Assembly (NCBI GenBank): GCA_004294265.1
Contig: REAG01000117.1
Span: forward strand, 540 to 64,539
Source of the DNA: Cytophagales bacterium
Lineage (GTDB): Bacteria > Bacteroidota > Bacteroidia > Cytophagales > UBA9547
DNA length: 64,000 bases
Reading direction: 5' to 3'
Shown: piece by piece, positions 49,067-59,700 of the stretch
Position numbering within the stretch: the stretch's first letter is position 1
How the letters are laid out: each line of letters opens with the position of its first letter
Translations under genes and position numbers: made by a program
The notes under the pieces: model-generated
The model's input: the letters and a program-made list of their open reading frames with translations, nothing else
Told to the model about the DNA's origin: nothing
The model's database searches: none

Positions 49067-49546
49067 ATGGTTGAAATTTTTACAGATGGTGCTTGTGAGC
49101 CTAATCCTGGCAAAGGTGGATTTGGTATTATTTTATCTTTTAATGGTCATACAAAAGAAATTTCAGGAGGCTATAAACTTACTACTAATAATAGAATGGA
49201 ATTATTAGCAGTAATTATAGGTTTAGAGGCTTTAAAAATTGATAATCAGGATGTTACAGTGTTTTCAGATAGTCAATATGTGTGTAATTCCGTTGAAAAA
49301 GGATGGATTTGGGGATGGCAAAAAAAAGGATTTGTAGGAAGAGTCAATGTAGATTTATGGAGGCGTTATATAGTTTTGCATCACAAACATAAAGTAAGAT
49401 TTAAGTGGATTAAAGGTCATGCAGGTCATCCTCAAAATGAAAGGTGCGATAGATTGGCAGTTGCAGCCTCTCAAATTCCAAACCTTCCAGACGATGTAGG
49501 TTATTTGAATTCAAAAAATAAAATCACAAACAAACTTGATATTTAA
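49067..49546 (+). CDS. rnhA: ribonuclease HI
   Basis: VEIFTDGACEPNPGKGGFG, TNNRMEL, SDSQYV and ERCDRLA. Confidence 0.9.
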   Translation: MVEIFTDGACEPNPGKGGFGIILSFNGHTKEISGGYKLTTNNRMELLAVIIGLEALKIDNQDVTVFSDSQYVCNSVEKGWIWGWQKKGFVGRVNVDLWRRYIVLHHKHKVRFKWIKGHAGHPQNERCDRLAVAASQIPNLPDDVGYLNSKNKITNKLDI

Positions 49547-49674
49547 TTAAATAAAAATTCTTACTTTATTTTAAAATATTTTAAATAAAAATTTAGATTA
49601 TTTTTATATTTGTTTAATAATTAAAAAAAATTAACTAACATTGAAAATAATAAGCTAAAAATCCTAACAAATCA

Positions 49675-51582
49675 ATGGAAAGGTATAAAATAACTATTTC
49701 GCAACGCATTCGGTATTATTTTGATAATTTAATAAGTCAAGGCACACCAGCTTTGATTGCTTTGCTGTTTTTAACATTCTTAATTGTAGCGTTTCTTACT
49801 AGTTTGCTTTTGTATTTTATGAAAGCAAAAGATGAAGCTGGTTTAGATATGACCTTTTTCGAGGCGTATTGGTCGAGTTTGATGCACGTTATTGACCAAG
49901 GAACTATCACAGGCGACACAGATTGGCAGTTACGAATAGCAACTTTAGCAACTACTTTTATAGGTATATTTTTAATAAGTTCTTTAGTAACAATTCTAAA
50001 TACAGGTTTTTCAAACAAATTAGATGAATTAAAAAAAGGACGTTCGCTAGTTTTAGAAGAAAATCATACGGTTATTTTGGGATGGAGTAGTAAAGTTTTT
50101 TCAATAATTTCAGAATTAATGATTGCACACGAAAATCAATCTTCGTCTTGCATAGTTATTTTAGCCGATGAAAATATTGATATGATAAAAGATGAAATTA
50201 AGGGTAAATTGGGCAGCACGGGCAAAACAAAAGTGATTGTAAGGCATGGAAATCCACGAGATCCTATTGATATAATGATTGCAAATTTGAATACTGCAAA
50301 ATCAATAATCATACTTTCTCCAGAAGAGGCAAAATCAGATGCTTATGTAATAAAAACAATTTTAGCAATCGTTAATAATCCTATTCGCAAAAAAGAACTT
50401 TACACTATAATTGCTGAAATACATAGTGATGTTAATAAAGATATTGCAAAAATTATTGGGAAGGAAGAAGTAACAGTTGTAGTTTCTAATGATATTATAT
50501 CAAAAATAACGGTTCAAACTAGCCGTCAATCAGGTTTAAGTTTAATTTATAATGATTTAATTGATTATAATGGCGTTGAAATTTACATTTTACCTGTTAA
50601 AAATATTTCAGGTCATACTTTTAAAGAAGCCATGTTTGCTTTTGAAGATGTGTTGGCGATAGGAATTAGAAAAGCAAATGGCGATATTCAACTTAATCCT
50701 CCAGTAGATACAATAATTAATGTTTCAGATAAGTTAATTGTGATAGCTGAAGATGATATTGATTTAACTTATGTTCCAAATGTTAAATATAAACCACAAC
50801 CCGTTGATAAAGAATTGTTAAAGAAAAACACAAAAGCTAAATCTTTGCAAAAAACTTTAATTTTAGGGTGGAACGACAACACAAAAATTATTGTTAAAGA
50901 ACTTGATAATTATGTTTTGAAAAATTCGGAAGTTTTGATTTTAGCTGAAATTTCCGATTTAACTGAAAAGGTAAAAGAATTGGATGAGTTTACGCCAAAT
51001 CAACATGTAACTTGTATAAAAGGCGATATTAACGACCGAGCCACCCTTAACAAAATCAATTTTGAATACTATGATGACATTATAATAAACAGTTATTCGG
51101 ATTTATACGAAACGCAAGAAGCCGATGCCATCACACTCATAACATTGATGCATGTTCGAGATATTGCAGAAAAATTAGGCAGGAAATTCAGTATTGTGAG
51201 TGAAATGCTAGATGTTAAAAATCGAGCTTTGGCAGATACTACTCGTGCAGATGATTTTATAGTAAGTGATCGTATAATTAGTTTAGTTTTGGCTCAATTA
51301 TCAGAAAATAAAGAACTTGCCGCAATTTTTGAAGATATTTTCGATTCTGATGGTAACGAAATTTATATAAAACCCGCAACTAATTATGCCTTTGAAAATA
51401 CTGAAGTTGATTTTTATGAAATTTCAGACGTGGCTTCACAAAAGAAAGAAATTGCGATTGGATATAGAATTATGAGTAATATAAATGATCCAAACAGCTT
51501 TGGTATTGTTCTTAATCCGCCAAAATCCGAAAAAATAAAATTCACTTCCGAGGATAAAGTTATTGTTATTTCTGAAGATTAA
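49675..51582 (+). CDS. CASTOR/POLLUX-like ion channel with tandem RCK/TrkA-type domains
   Basis: N-terminal TM helices and a pore-like loop (DQGTITGDTDW), followed by HTVILGWSSKVFSIISEL, which resembles the DMI1/CASTOR signature ILGWSDK. A second copy, LILGWNDNTKIIVKEL, is present. Confidence 0.65.
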   Translation: MERYKITISQRIRYYFDNLISQGTPALIALLFLTFLIVAFLTSLLLYFMKAKDEAGLDMTFFEAYWSSLMHVIDQGTITGDTDWQLRIATLATTFIGIFLISSLVTILNTGFSNKLDELKKGRSLVLEENHTVILGWSSKVFSIISELMIAHENQSSSCIVILADENIDMIKDEIKGKLGSTGKTKVIVRHGNPRDPIDIMIANLNTAKSIIILSPEEAKSDAYVIKTILAIVNNPIRKKELYTIIAEIHSDVNKDIAKIIGKEEVTVVVSNDIISKITVQTSRQSGLSLIYNDLIDYNGVEIYILPVKNISGHTFKEAMFAFEDVLAIGIRKANGDIQLNPPVDTIINVSDKLIVIAEDDIDLTYVPNVKYKPQPVDKELLKKNTKAKSLQKTLILGWNDNTKIIVKELDNYVLKNSEVLILAEISDLTEKVKELDEFTPNQHVTCIKGDINDRATLNKINFEYYDDIIINSYSDLYETQEADAITLITLMHVRDIAEKLGRKFSIVSEMLDVKNRALADTTRADDFIVSDRIISLVLAQLSENKELAAIFEDIFDSDGNEIYIKPATNYAFENTEVDFYEISDVASQKKEIAIGYRIMSNINDPNSFGIVLNPPKSEKIKFTSEDKVIVISED

Positions 51583-51759
51583 TTTAAAAATCTATTCTAT
51601 AAATCTCAATGTAAACAAAACTTAATATTGTAAATTATATTTTATCAAAATCATTTTGTAATTTTATATCAAATAAATAGGTAGAATTTATCTAAGTTAA
51701 TTTCAAAATTAACTTTCAATTTGAATATTTATTATTATACATTTTTAGAATAATCAAAA

Positions 51760-52455
51760 ATGAAAAAAGAAAAATATAAAATATTAATTGTAGATGACGA
51801 ACCTGATATTTTAGAGTTATTGGAATATAATTTAGAAAAAGAGGGTTATGATGTAAAAACGTGCAAAAACGGCAAAGATGCACTTGAAAAAGCAAAAACT
51901 TTTTTGCCAAACCTTATCATCATGGATGTGATGATGCCAATTATGGATGGTGTTGAAAGTTGCCGTAGAATTAAAGAAACGCCCGAATTAGCAAAAATTT
52001 TTATTTTATTTTTAACGGCTCGAACAGAAGAGTATTCAGAAGTAGCGGCTTTTGATGCAGGTGCAGATGATTTTATTCATAAGCCTATCAAACCTAAAGC
52101 TCTCATTAGCAGAGTTCAAGCGATTTTTAAAAGAGATAAAAAAAATGACGAGGAAAAATCAAGTGTATTTAAAATTGCCGATTTAACTATTGATAGAAAT
52201 GAATATGTAATCTATCAAGGCGAAAAACAAATAATAATGCCTAGAAAAGAATTTGAACTTTTGTTTTTTTTAGCTTCAAATCCAAACAAAGTTTTTAATA
52301 GAGATGAGCTTTTACAAAAAGTTTGGGGAAGTGATGTTTATGTACTTTCAAGAACTGTGGATGTTCATGTGCGTAAAGTTCGAGAGCGAATTGGGGAAGA
52401 TTACATTACAACTATAAAAGGAGTTGGCTATAAATTTGAAACCAAAGAAAATTAA
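51760..52455 (+). CDS. OmpR/PhoB-family response regulator
   Basis: Receiver domain ILIVDDEPD...IIMDVMMP...KP, and winged helix RTVDVHVRKVRERIG..YITTIKGVGYKF. No histidine kinase gene is adjacent. Confidence 0.9.
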   Translation: MKKEKYKILIVDDEPDILELLEYNLEKEGYDVKTCKNGKDALEKAKTFLPNLIIMDVMMPIMDGVESCRRIKETPELAKIFILFLTARTEEYSEVAAFDAGADDFIHKPIKPKALISRVQAIFKRDKKNDEEKSSVFKIADLTIDRNEYVIYQGEKQIIMPRKEFELLFFLASNPNKVFNRDELLQKVWGSDVYVLSRTVDVHVRKVRERIGEDYITTIKGVGYKFETKEN

Positions 52456-52463
52456 AAAATATA

Positions 52464-52506
52464 ATACAGGTTTATAATTTAAAAAGTTATAAACCTGTAT
52501 TTTAAA
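52464..52506. terminator. bidirectional terminator between the response regulator and glutathione peroxidase genes
   Basis: 14-bp perfect stem atacaggtttataa / ttataaacctgtat, loop tttaaaaag, with A/T runs on both sides. It lies between convergent stops at 52455 and 52510. Confidence 0.75.
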
Positions 52507-52509
52507 GTT

Positions 52510-53070
52510 TTAATCCAACATACTAATTATATCCAAACTCATTGGGCTAACATTGGATTTGAAAAATGCGACTACATTTCCATCCTCATTTACCAAATAT
52601 TTGCAAAAATTCCAACTTGGTGCTTGATTTATATTTCCATTTTCGGTTTTTTTGGATAAAAATTTGTAAAGCGGGTGCATATCCGAACCAGAAACTGATA
52701 TTTTTTCAAACATTTGAAAAGTTACGCCATAATTTTTTTGACAAAAGCTAGCAATTTCACCATTTGAACCTGGCTCTTGTCCGCCAAAATTATTAGCAGG
52801 AAAACCTAAAATTGTTACTTTTTTACCAAACTTATCTTGTAATTTTTGTAAGTCTTCGTATTGAGGCGTGTATCCACAAGCTGAGGCGGTATTTACAATC
52901 AATATTTTTTTTCCTTTATAAGCCGCAAAACTTATTTCCTTGCCATCTAATCCTTTCATTTTAAAATCATAAATAGATTTTTTGGATTGAACTAATTCAT
53001 CTTTTGCAACAATAGTGCTATTTTTGGTGCTACAAAAAGAGGATATAAACATTAATACTTTGTAAATCAT
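52510..53070 (-). CDS. glutathione peroxidase (Cys-type), exported
   Basis: NTASACGYTPQY, ILGFPANNFGGQEPG and WNFCKYLV. Confidence 0.9.
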   Translation of the reverse strand: MIYKVLMFISSFCSTKNSTIVAKDELVQSKKSIYDFKMKGLDGKEISFAAYKGKKILIVNTASACGYTPQYEDLQKLQDKFGKKVTILGFPANNFGGQEPGSNGEIASFCQKNYGVTFQMFEKISVSGSDMHPLYKFLSKKTENGNINQAPSWNFCKYLVNEDGNVVAFFKSNVSPMSLDIISMLD

Positions 53071-53329
53071 TGTTAAATTAATTAAGAATTAAGCGATAAA
53101 TTGATTGGTTTTGAAATTTAATTGTAAAGTAAATAGATGTTAATTTTGTTTAATATTTTTTAAAAAAAATATTAAACAAAAAATATGAATATTTCATTTT
53201 TCATTTAATTGAAATTATTTTGAAAAAAATTGGTATATCACAAAACCTACAATCATTAAAATCATGGATAAATACATTAATACATCCACCCTAATATAAT
53301 CTTTGTATTTTTGAAAAAAAGCAATAAAT

Positions 53330-54097
53330 TTAGTCATCGTTTTTAACCACAGATTTTTTTGGAAAATTAAAAAAGTAAGAGGTTAATAATGGCACAAAAA
53401 AGAAACTGGCTGTTATTAAAGAAAATATTAAATCTGCGGTATGTCCGTTTACGATTGCACGAACTTCTTCGGTTGCAAAATAATCAACACCAGCCGAAAC
53501 AATCAATTTTAAACCCAAAATTCCAATGACTGCAAAAGCAGTATCTTCCAAAAAAGAGTATGTTTCCATCAATTGCACAAAACTTTGAGCGACAAATCGC
53601 ATTGCTAAAATTCCAATAAAAACGCCAATACATATTATATATATGTTGTTTGTAATGGCAACAGCAGCAAAAATATTGTCAATAGAAAAAGCTAAATCCA
53701 TAACCTCAACTAAAATTACAGTTGACCAAAAAATCCCAATCGCTCCGCCTGTGATTTTATAAATCCAATTTTCTCGTTTTTCAAGCATTTCTTCTACTTC
53801 AGTTTTTTGTTCGCTAAAATATTTTTTGAAATGATTAAAAGTAATATAAGCTAAATAAAAACCACCAAGAGCTTTAAGCCAAAGAATTTTGACCATATAA
53901 CTGGCAAAAAACAAACAAATTCCTCTAAAAACATACGCTCCAATAATTCCATATTGTAAGGCTTTATTGCGGAATTTTTTAGGCAAATCCATAACCATTG
54001 TAGCCAAAACAGCTGCATTATCAACTGACAGTAAGCTTTCTATGAGAATTAAATCTAATATAATAAATATGGCTGTACTTAAATCTTCTCCAAACAT
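53330..54097 (-). CDS. terC: TerC-family integral membrane protein
   Basis: Duplicated signature LLSVDNAAVLA and AFSIDNIFAAVA, with ~7 TM helices. Confidence 0.85.
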   Translation of the reverse strand: MFGEDLSTAIFIILDLILIESLLSVDNAAVLATMVMDLPKKFRNKALQYGIIGAYVFRGICLFFASYMVKILWLKALGGFYLAYITFNHFKKYFSEQKTEVEEMLEKRENWIYKITGGAIGIFWSTVILVEVMDLAFSIDNIFAAVAITNNIYIICIGVFIGILAMRFVAQSFVQLMETYSFLEDTAFAVIGILGLKLIVSAGVDYFATEEVRAIVNGHTADLIFSLITASFFFVPLLTSYFFNFPKKSVVKNDD

Positions 54098-54222
54098 AGA
54101 TTAACTTTTTAAACTTTTTATTACGGCAAAATTGTGAGTAAATTATGAGAATAACAAATTTTTTATTTTTATTAACAAAATAAGTTTAGTTTAATTTTTT
54201 CGATTTAATTTGCAATGTAAAT

Positions 54223-54296
54223 CGGGAAGTAGCGTAGTCTGGTATCGCGCCAGCATGGGGTGCTGGAGGTCGTGGGTTCGAATCCCGCCTTTCCGA
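54223..54296 (+). tRNA. tRNA-Pro (anticodon GGG)
   Basis: Hand-folded cloverleaf. Acceptor cgggaag/ctttccg (one G-U), D-arm gcg..cgc with GG in the loop, anticodon stem ccagc/gctgg with loop a-t-GGG-g-t, variable loop aggtc, T-arm gtggg-ttcgaat-cccgc, discriminator A. CCA is not encoded. Confidence 0.9.
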
Positions 54297-54426
54297 CTTT
54301 TTAAGTGTATTTTAGTCTATTTTTTTAAAAAATTATTTCTTACATTTAGAAATAGTTTAATAAATAAAATTTCAAAAAAATAACTTTTTTTTATATAATT
54401 CTAATTAAAAACATATATAAAAATTA

Positions 54427-55587
54427 ATGAAACCGACAAGAAAAATTAAAATGGGAATGGTTGGTGGAAGCACTGACGCCTTTATTGGAGGAGTACATCG
54501 AATGGCTGCAAATTTAGACGGTCAAATTGAATTGGTTTGTGGTTCGTTTAGTAGTAATCCAGAAAAAACAAAGCAAACGGCAGAGTCATTATTTTTAAAT
54601 CCCAATAGGGCTTATTCAACATTTCAGGAGATGATTTTGGCAGAATCTAAAATGTCTAAAGAAGAAAGGATGGAAGTGGTTTCGATAGTTACTCCAAATC
54701 ATTTGCATTTTGAACCAGCCAAAATGGCTTTAGAACATGGCTTTCATGTAATTTGTGATAAACCTGTAACTTTTAACCTACACGAAGCAATTGAATTAGA
54801 GAAAATTATTACAAAAACTGGTTTAGTTTTTGCTCTTACTCATACTTATACGGGTTACCCTATGATAAAGGAAGCACGTCATATTATTCAATCTGGCAAA
54901 TTAGGAAAGGTAAGAAAAGTAGTTGTTGAATATCCGCAAGGTTGGTTAAGCACTCCTTTAGAATTTAGTGGACAAAAGCAAGCGGATTGGCGAACCGACC
55001 CCAAAAGGTCTGGAATAAGTTGTTGTATGGGTGATATTGGAACGCATGCCGAAAACTTAGCAGAATATGTTTCGGGTTTAAATATTACGGAGGTTTGTGC
55101 TGATTTATCAACTTTTGTGAGCGGTAGATTACTTGATGACGATGGAAATGTTCTTTTAAGATTTGAAAATGGTGCAAAGGGATTGTTGCATGCCAGTCAG
55201 ATTTCAACTGGCGAAGAAAACGATATAAACATACGTGTATGGGGCGATAAAGGTGGATTGGAATGGCATCAAAAAGATTGTAACTCATTGATAATCAAAT
55301 GGTTAGATAAACCAGCTGAGATATTAAGAACTGGAGGAAATGGACTTTCTGGAATTGCATCTGCTACCAATACGAGAGTTCCCGCTGGACATCCCGAAGG
55401 ATACTTGGAAGCATTTGCCAATATTTATAGAAATTTTGCTTTTGCTGTCAGAGCACATCAAAATAATATAAAACATGATAGTATTTCTTACGATTTCCCT
55501 TCTATTAATGAAGGCGTTCGAGGAATGTTATTTGTGGAAAAAGTGGTTGAATCAAGTAAGGAGGGTGCTATTTGGAAAAAAATGTAA
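54427..55587 (+). CDS. Gfo/Idh/MocA-family NAD(P)-dependent oxidoreductase
   Basis: KIKMGMVGGS Rossmann start, VSIVTPNHLHFEPA and HVICDKP. Confidence 0.85.
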   Translation: MKPTRKIKMGMVGGSTDAFIGGVHRMAANLDGQIELVCGSFSSNPEKTKQTAESLFLNPNRAYSTFQEMILAESKMSKEERMEVVSIVTPNHLHFEPAKMALEHGFHVICDKPVTFNLHEAIELEKIITKTGLVFALTHTYTGYPMIKEARHIIQSGKLGKVRKVVVEYPQGWLSTPLEFSGQKQADWRTDPKRSGISCCMGDIGTHAENLAEYVSGLNITEVCADLSTFVSGRLLDDDGNVLLRFENGAKGLLHASQISTGEENDINIRVWGDKGGLEWHQKDCNSLIIKWLDKPAEILRTGGNGLSGIASATNTRVPAGHPEGYLEAFANIYRNFAFAVRAHQNNIKHDSISYDFPSINEGVRGMLFVEKVVESSKEGAIWKKM

Positions 55588-55644
55588 TTATTGTTTTCAA
55601 AATAAAATATATTAATTAATTTTCAGCTTTAAATATCAAAATAA

Positions 55645-56604
55645 ATGTTTACTATCAAAACAATTCCGTTTGGAAAAACGACCGAAATAAAGTTAATAAA
55701 CATTCATACAGGCGAATATGTTGCAATTTTGCCAGATTTTGGTTGTGCAATTAATAGTTTGATATTAAAAAAAGGTGATAAGCTATTTGATTTAATTGAG
55801 GGTTCAGAAAGTTATGATCATTTATTGTTAAATGGCTTAAGTGAATATAAGGGTTCATTTTTATTTCCATTTCCAAACCGATTAAAAGGTGGAAAATATA
55901 GTTTTGATGGAAAAAATTATGAATTTGAAAACAATGATTCAGATGGAAAGCCAAATGCCTTACACGGTATATTAAATGATTGTAAATTTAATATGGTAAG
56001 ATTTGAAGATTTTTATACTAAAGCTGAAATCGACTTTAGCTATACTTCAAGCGGAATTGATTCTCAGTATCCATTTTTATATCAAGTAATAATTAGATAT
56101 ACTTTAGATGTTAATAATGGTTTGAGTATTCAAACTTTTGTTACTAACAAAGGTAATGTTTCTATGCCAGTTGGTTTAGGATGGCATCCCTATTTCAAAA
56201 CTTCGGGAAAGATTGATGAAATGATGATTCACTTCCCTAATTCTGAACATATAGAACTTGATAATTTTGGAATTCCGACCATGAAAATTACACCCTCAAA
56301 ATTATTTAAACTTACAGACAGTGTAAATGACACATTATTAGATGATTCTTTTAGAGTTGTTGAAAATATTCCTATTTCAGAAATATTTCTTTTCGATTCC
56401 GATAACAACGTGAAAGTAAGTATTTGGCAAGAAAATGGCAAAAATAAGTTCAATTTTTTTCAAACTTATATTCCTCCACACCGCAAAACAATCGCCATTG
56501 AACCCATGACTTGTGCACCTGATAGTTTTAACAATGGTTTAGGATTAATAAAATTATCTGCTAACGAAAAATTTGATTGTTCTTGGGGAATTAAATTAAT
56601 TTAA
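55645..56604 (+). CDS. aldose 1-epimerase family protein
   Basis: FPFPNRLKGG, ALHGIL, GLGWHPYF and IAIEPMT are typical of galactose-mutarotase-like proteins. Confidence 0.75.
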   Translation: MFTIKTIPFGKTTEIKLINIHTGEYVAILPDFGCAINSLILKKGDKLFDLIEGSESYDHLLLNGLSEYKGSFLFPFPNRLKGGKYSFDGKNYEFENNDSDGKPNALHGILNDCKFNMVRFEDFYTKAEIDFSYTSSGIDSQYPFLYQVIIRYTLDVNNGLSIQTFVTNKGNVSMPVGLGWHPYFKTSGKIDEMMIHFPNSEHIELDNFGIPTMKITPSKLFKLTDSVNDTLLDDSFRVVENIPISEIFLFDSDNNVKVSIWQENGKNKFNFFQTYIPPHRKTIAIEPMTCAPDSFNNGLGLIKLSANEKFDCSWGIKLI

Positions 56605-56699
56605 GTGAACCTCTAAAAACCCCAATATTATTTTTAAAAACCCCACCTAAACCAATTTCTGCTACGAAACCGCAGAATCAAAAAGCAGGGGGACGTTCC
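56605..56699 (+). repeat. MITE-like GC-box element, truncated copy (~95 bp)
   Basis: gtgaacctctaaaaaccccaatattatttttaaaaaccccacctaaaccaatttctgctacgaaaccgcagaatc is near-identical to the left two-thirds of 62186-62304. The right arm is degenerate. It starts on the base after the TAA of the epimerase gene. Confidence 0.8.
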
Positions 56700-56773
56700 A
56701 ATTTTATGAAATATTACTAATATATTGATTAGTTAAAGTTAAAATACATATATGGGCTTTTCTAAAACAATTT

Positions 56774-59700
56774 TTAATTAAGTCTATATTTTAATCTGCT
56801 TTCAGTCATAATTTTAAAAAACTCATTGCTGGGATTAATTGTAAATTTTCGAGAAAACATACTTAAATTAGAACCATTATGTGTAATATTTAATCGCAAT
56901 TCACAATTTCCTTTATGTTGAGAAGCCGCTTTTTCTAATTCATCAATAAGCCTTGAAGTAATGCTTTCAGATGGAATTTCTAAAGTTACTTTTTTGGTTC
57001 GTTTGCTACGAATTTCTTGTAATAATTCCACTGAAATTGGCTTTATTTCATATTTATCTATCACATTCCATTTGGGCTGTACTTTACAACGCAAAAATAA
57101 ATACTGCCCCAAAACCATCATATAACCTAATTTCAAAAAATCTTCTTTAAAAAGTAAGAATTCTTGCGAGCCTGTGTAGTCTTCAATTTTATAAATTCCA
57201 AAACTTTGTCCGTTTTTACCTGTTCGAGTTTGAGCCGAAGTAACTACACCTGCAACCGTAATTTCTTTGTCTTTAAAATTATCAATATTATTTAAAGTGG
57301 CGTTCACAAAAGTATCAAATTCCAATTTAAACTCATCGAGCGGATGCCCAGAAATATAAAAACCTACTACTTCTTTTTCCAAACGTAATTTTTCTATTTG
57401 TCCCCACGTTTCGCATACGGGCAAACGTGGATTTGAAATGGCAACCGAATTGCCCATATTTCCAAAAAGCGAGTTTGTATTTGAGTTTTTCAACTCTTGC
57501 ACTTGCCCAGCATGGCGTATTATTTTCTCTATAAAAGTAGATTCTTCGCCTGGCTCTTTATGAAAAAACATACCTCTGTGTACGTCTTCAAAACAATCAA
57601 ATCCGCCTGCTTGTGCAAAGGCTTCAAAGGTTTTTTTGTTGACAGTTCGTAAGTTTACTCGTTCTGAAAACTCAAATATATTTTTAAAAATTCCTTTATT
57701 ATTACGTTCATCAATGATAGCTTCAATGGCAGCTCCGCCAGTTCCTTTGATTGCTCCCATTCCAAAAAGTATCTCTCCTTTTGCATTTACGCCAAATTCA
57801 GAATCGGATTCGTTCACATTGGGTCCTAAAACTTTTAAGCCCATGCGTTTACATTCTTCCATAAAAAAAGTTACTTTATCTATGTTGTCTTTTTCGTTGG
57901 TTAAATTGGCTGCCATATATTCTGATGGATAATGTGTTTTGAGCCAAGCCGTTTGAAACGCCACAAAAGCATAGCAAGTGGAGTGTGATTTATTGAACGC
58001 ATATTGAGCAAAAGCCTCCCAATCAGTCCAAACTTTTTCGAGTTTATCTTTAGCATGCCCTTTGGAAACAGCTCCCTCAATAAATTTGGCTTTCATTTTG
58101 TCTAGCACGTCTTTCTGTTTCTTACCCATTGCCTTACGCAAAACATCGGCTTCGCCTTTTGTAAAACCCGCCAAAGATTGAGATAAAAGCATTACCTGCT
58201 CTTGGTAAACCGTAATTCCGTAAGTTTCTTCCAAATATTCTTTCATATCATCAATATCATAAACCACAGCTTCTCGCCCATGTTTACGGTTGATATAATT
58301 AGGAATATAGGCAATAGGACCGGGTCTGTAAAGGGCGTTCATAGCAATAATATCCTCAAAACGATCGGGCTTGAGGTCTTTCATGTGCTTTTGCATCCCA
58401 GGACTTTCAAACTGAAAAATGCCGTTTGTTTCGCCTCTTTGAAAGGTTTCGAGCGTTGCTTTATCCAATAAATCAATATCATCAATTATTATATCAATGC
58501 CATGGTTTTGCTTTATTAATTTTAAAGTATTTTTGATTATAGTGAGTGTTTTTAATCCCAAAAAATCCATTTTTATTACTCCAGCATCTTCAATAATTGA
58601 GCCTTCATATTGAGTAAGTAAAAAATTGGAATCTTTTGCAGTTGCCATTGGCATAAGTTCAGTGAGGTCGGATGGAGCAATAATTATACCTGCTGCATGC
58701 ACACCCGTACTGCGAACCGAACCTTCCAAAACTTCTGCATCTTTTAAAATTTTACCTTTTATTGAGTCCGATTCATAAATTTCTCTTAGCTGACGTATTC
58801 GTTCGAGTTCATCGCTATCTAAATTTTCTTTTTCAGATAATGAGGTATATTTTTTTTCTAACTTACCTTTTAACTCTTTTTTAGCTTCGTCCGTTAGGTT
58901 TTTTCCTTGCGATTGTTTTTCAAATTGTTCTTTCTTTTTCTTATCGCCTTCTTGAGCGTTGAGCGGTGCATGAAATATGCGTCCTAAGGATATACCTGCT
59001 GTATCAGGTATTAATTTTGCCAAATAATTGGCTTCATCCAAGGGCAAATCCATCACTCTCGATACGTCTTTTATGCTCGATTTGGCAGCCATCGAACCAT
59101 AAGTTACAATTTGAGCTACTTGTGTTTTGCCATATTTTTCGACCACATAATCAATTACTTTTTGCCGCCCAGCATCGTCAAAATCCGTATCAATATCGGG
59201 CATTGACTTACGATCAGGATTCAAAAAACGCTCAAAAAGTAGGTTATATTTGATAGGATCAATGTTGGTAATGCCGATGCAATATGCTACTACTGAACCA
59301 GCAGCCGAACCACGACCTGGACCTACAAATACACCCATATTTCTGCCCTCTTTTATAAAATCAGCAACTATCAAAAAATAACCCGCAAAACCCATGGTTT
59401 TGATTATAAATAGTTCAAAATCTATGCGTTCTTGGGCTTCTTGGCTAATATCAATATACCGCTTTTTGGCACCCTCGTAAGTAATATGTTTCAAATATTC
59501 CCATTGTCCATCAAAGCCAGAAGGCACAGGGAAGTTTGGTAATAATATATCGGTTTTTAGTTTTAAAGTTTCAACCTTGTCAACTACTAAATTTGTGTTA
59601 TCAATGGCTTCAGGCAAGTCGTGAAAAGTTTCACACATTTCCTCGGTGGTTTTAAAATAAAACTCATCGTTAGAAAAAGCAAATCTGCGTTTGCCAGTAG

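Noticed and set aside
52510-53070. Possible selenocysteine recoding in glutathione peroxidase
   Set aside because: The active-site residue is an ordinary Cys codon within an uninterrupted ORF (NTASACGYT). No in-frame TGA is present.
53217-53337. 40-codon minus-strand ORF (MTKFIAFFQKYKDYIRVDVLMYLSMILMIVGFVIYQFFSK) whose start overlaps the TerC-family gene stop
   Set aside because: It is hydrophobic but very short and has no recognisable family. It sits in AT-rich spacer where such ORFs arise by chance. Evidence is insufficient to call it.
54098-54222. Possible yybP-ykoY (Mn) riboswitch in the TerC-family gene leader
   Set aside because: The leader is extremely AT-rich and lacks the G-rich conserved helices expected of that riboswitch. 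Nothing supports the call.
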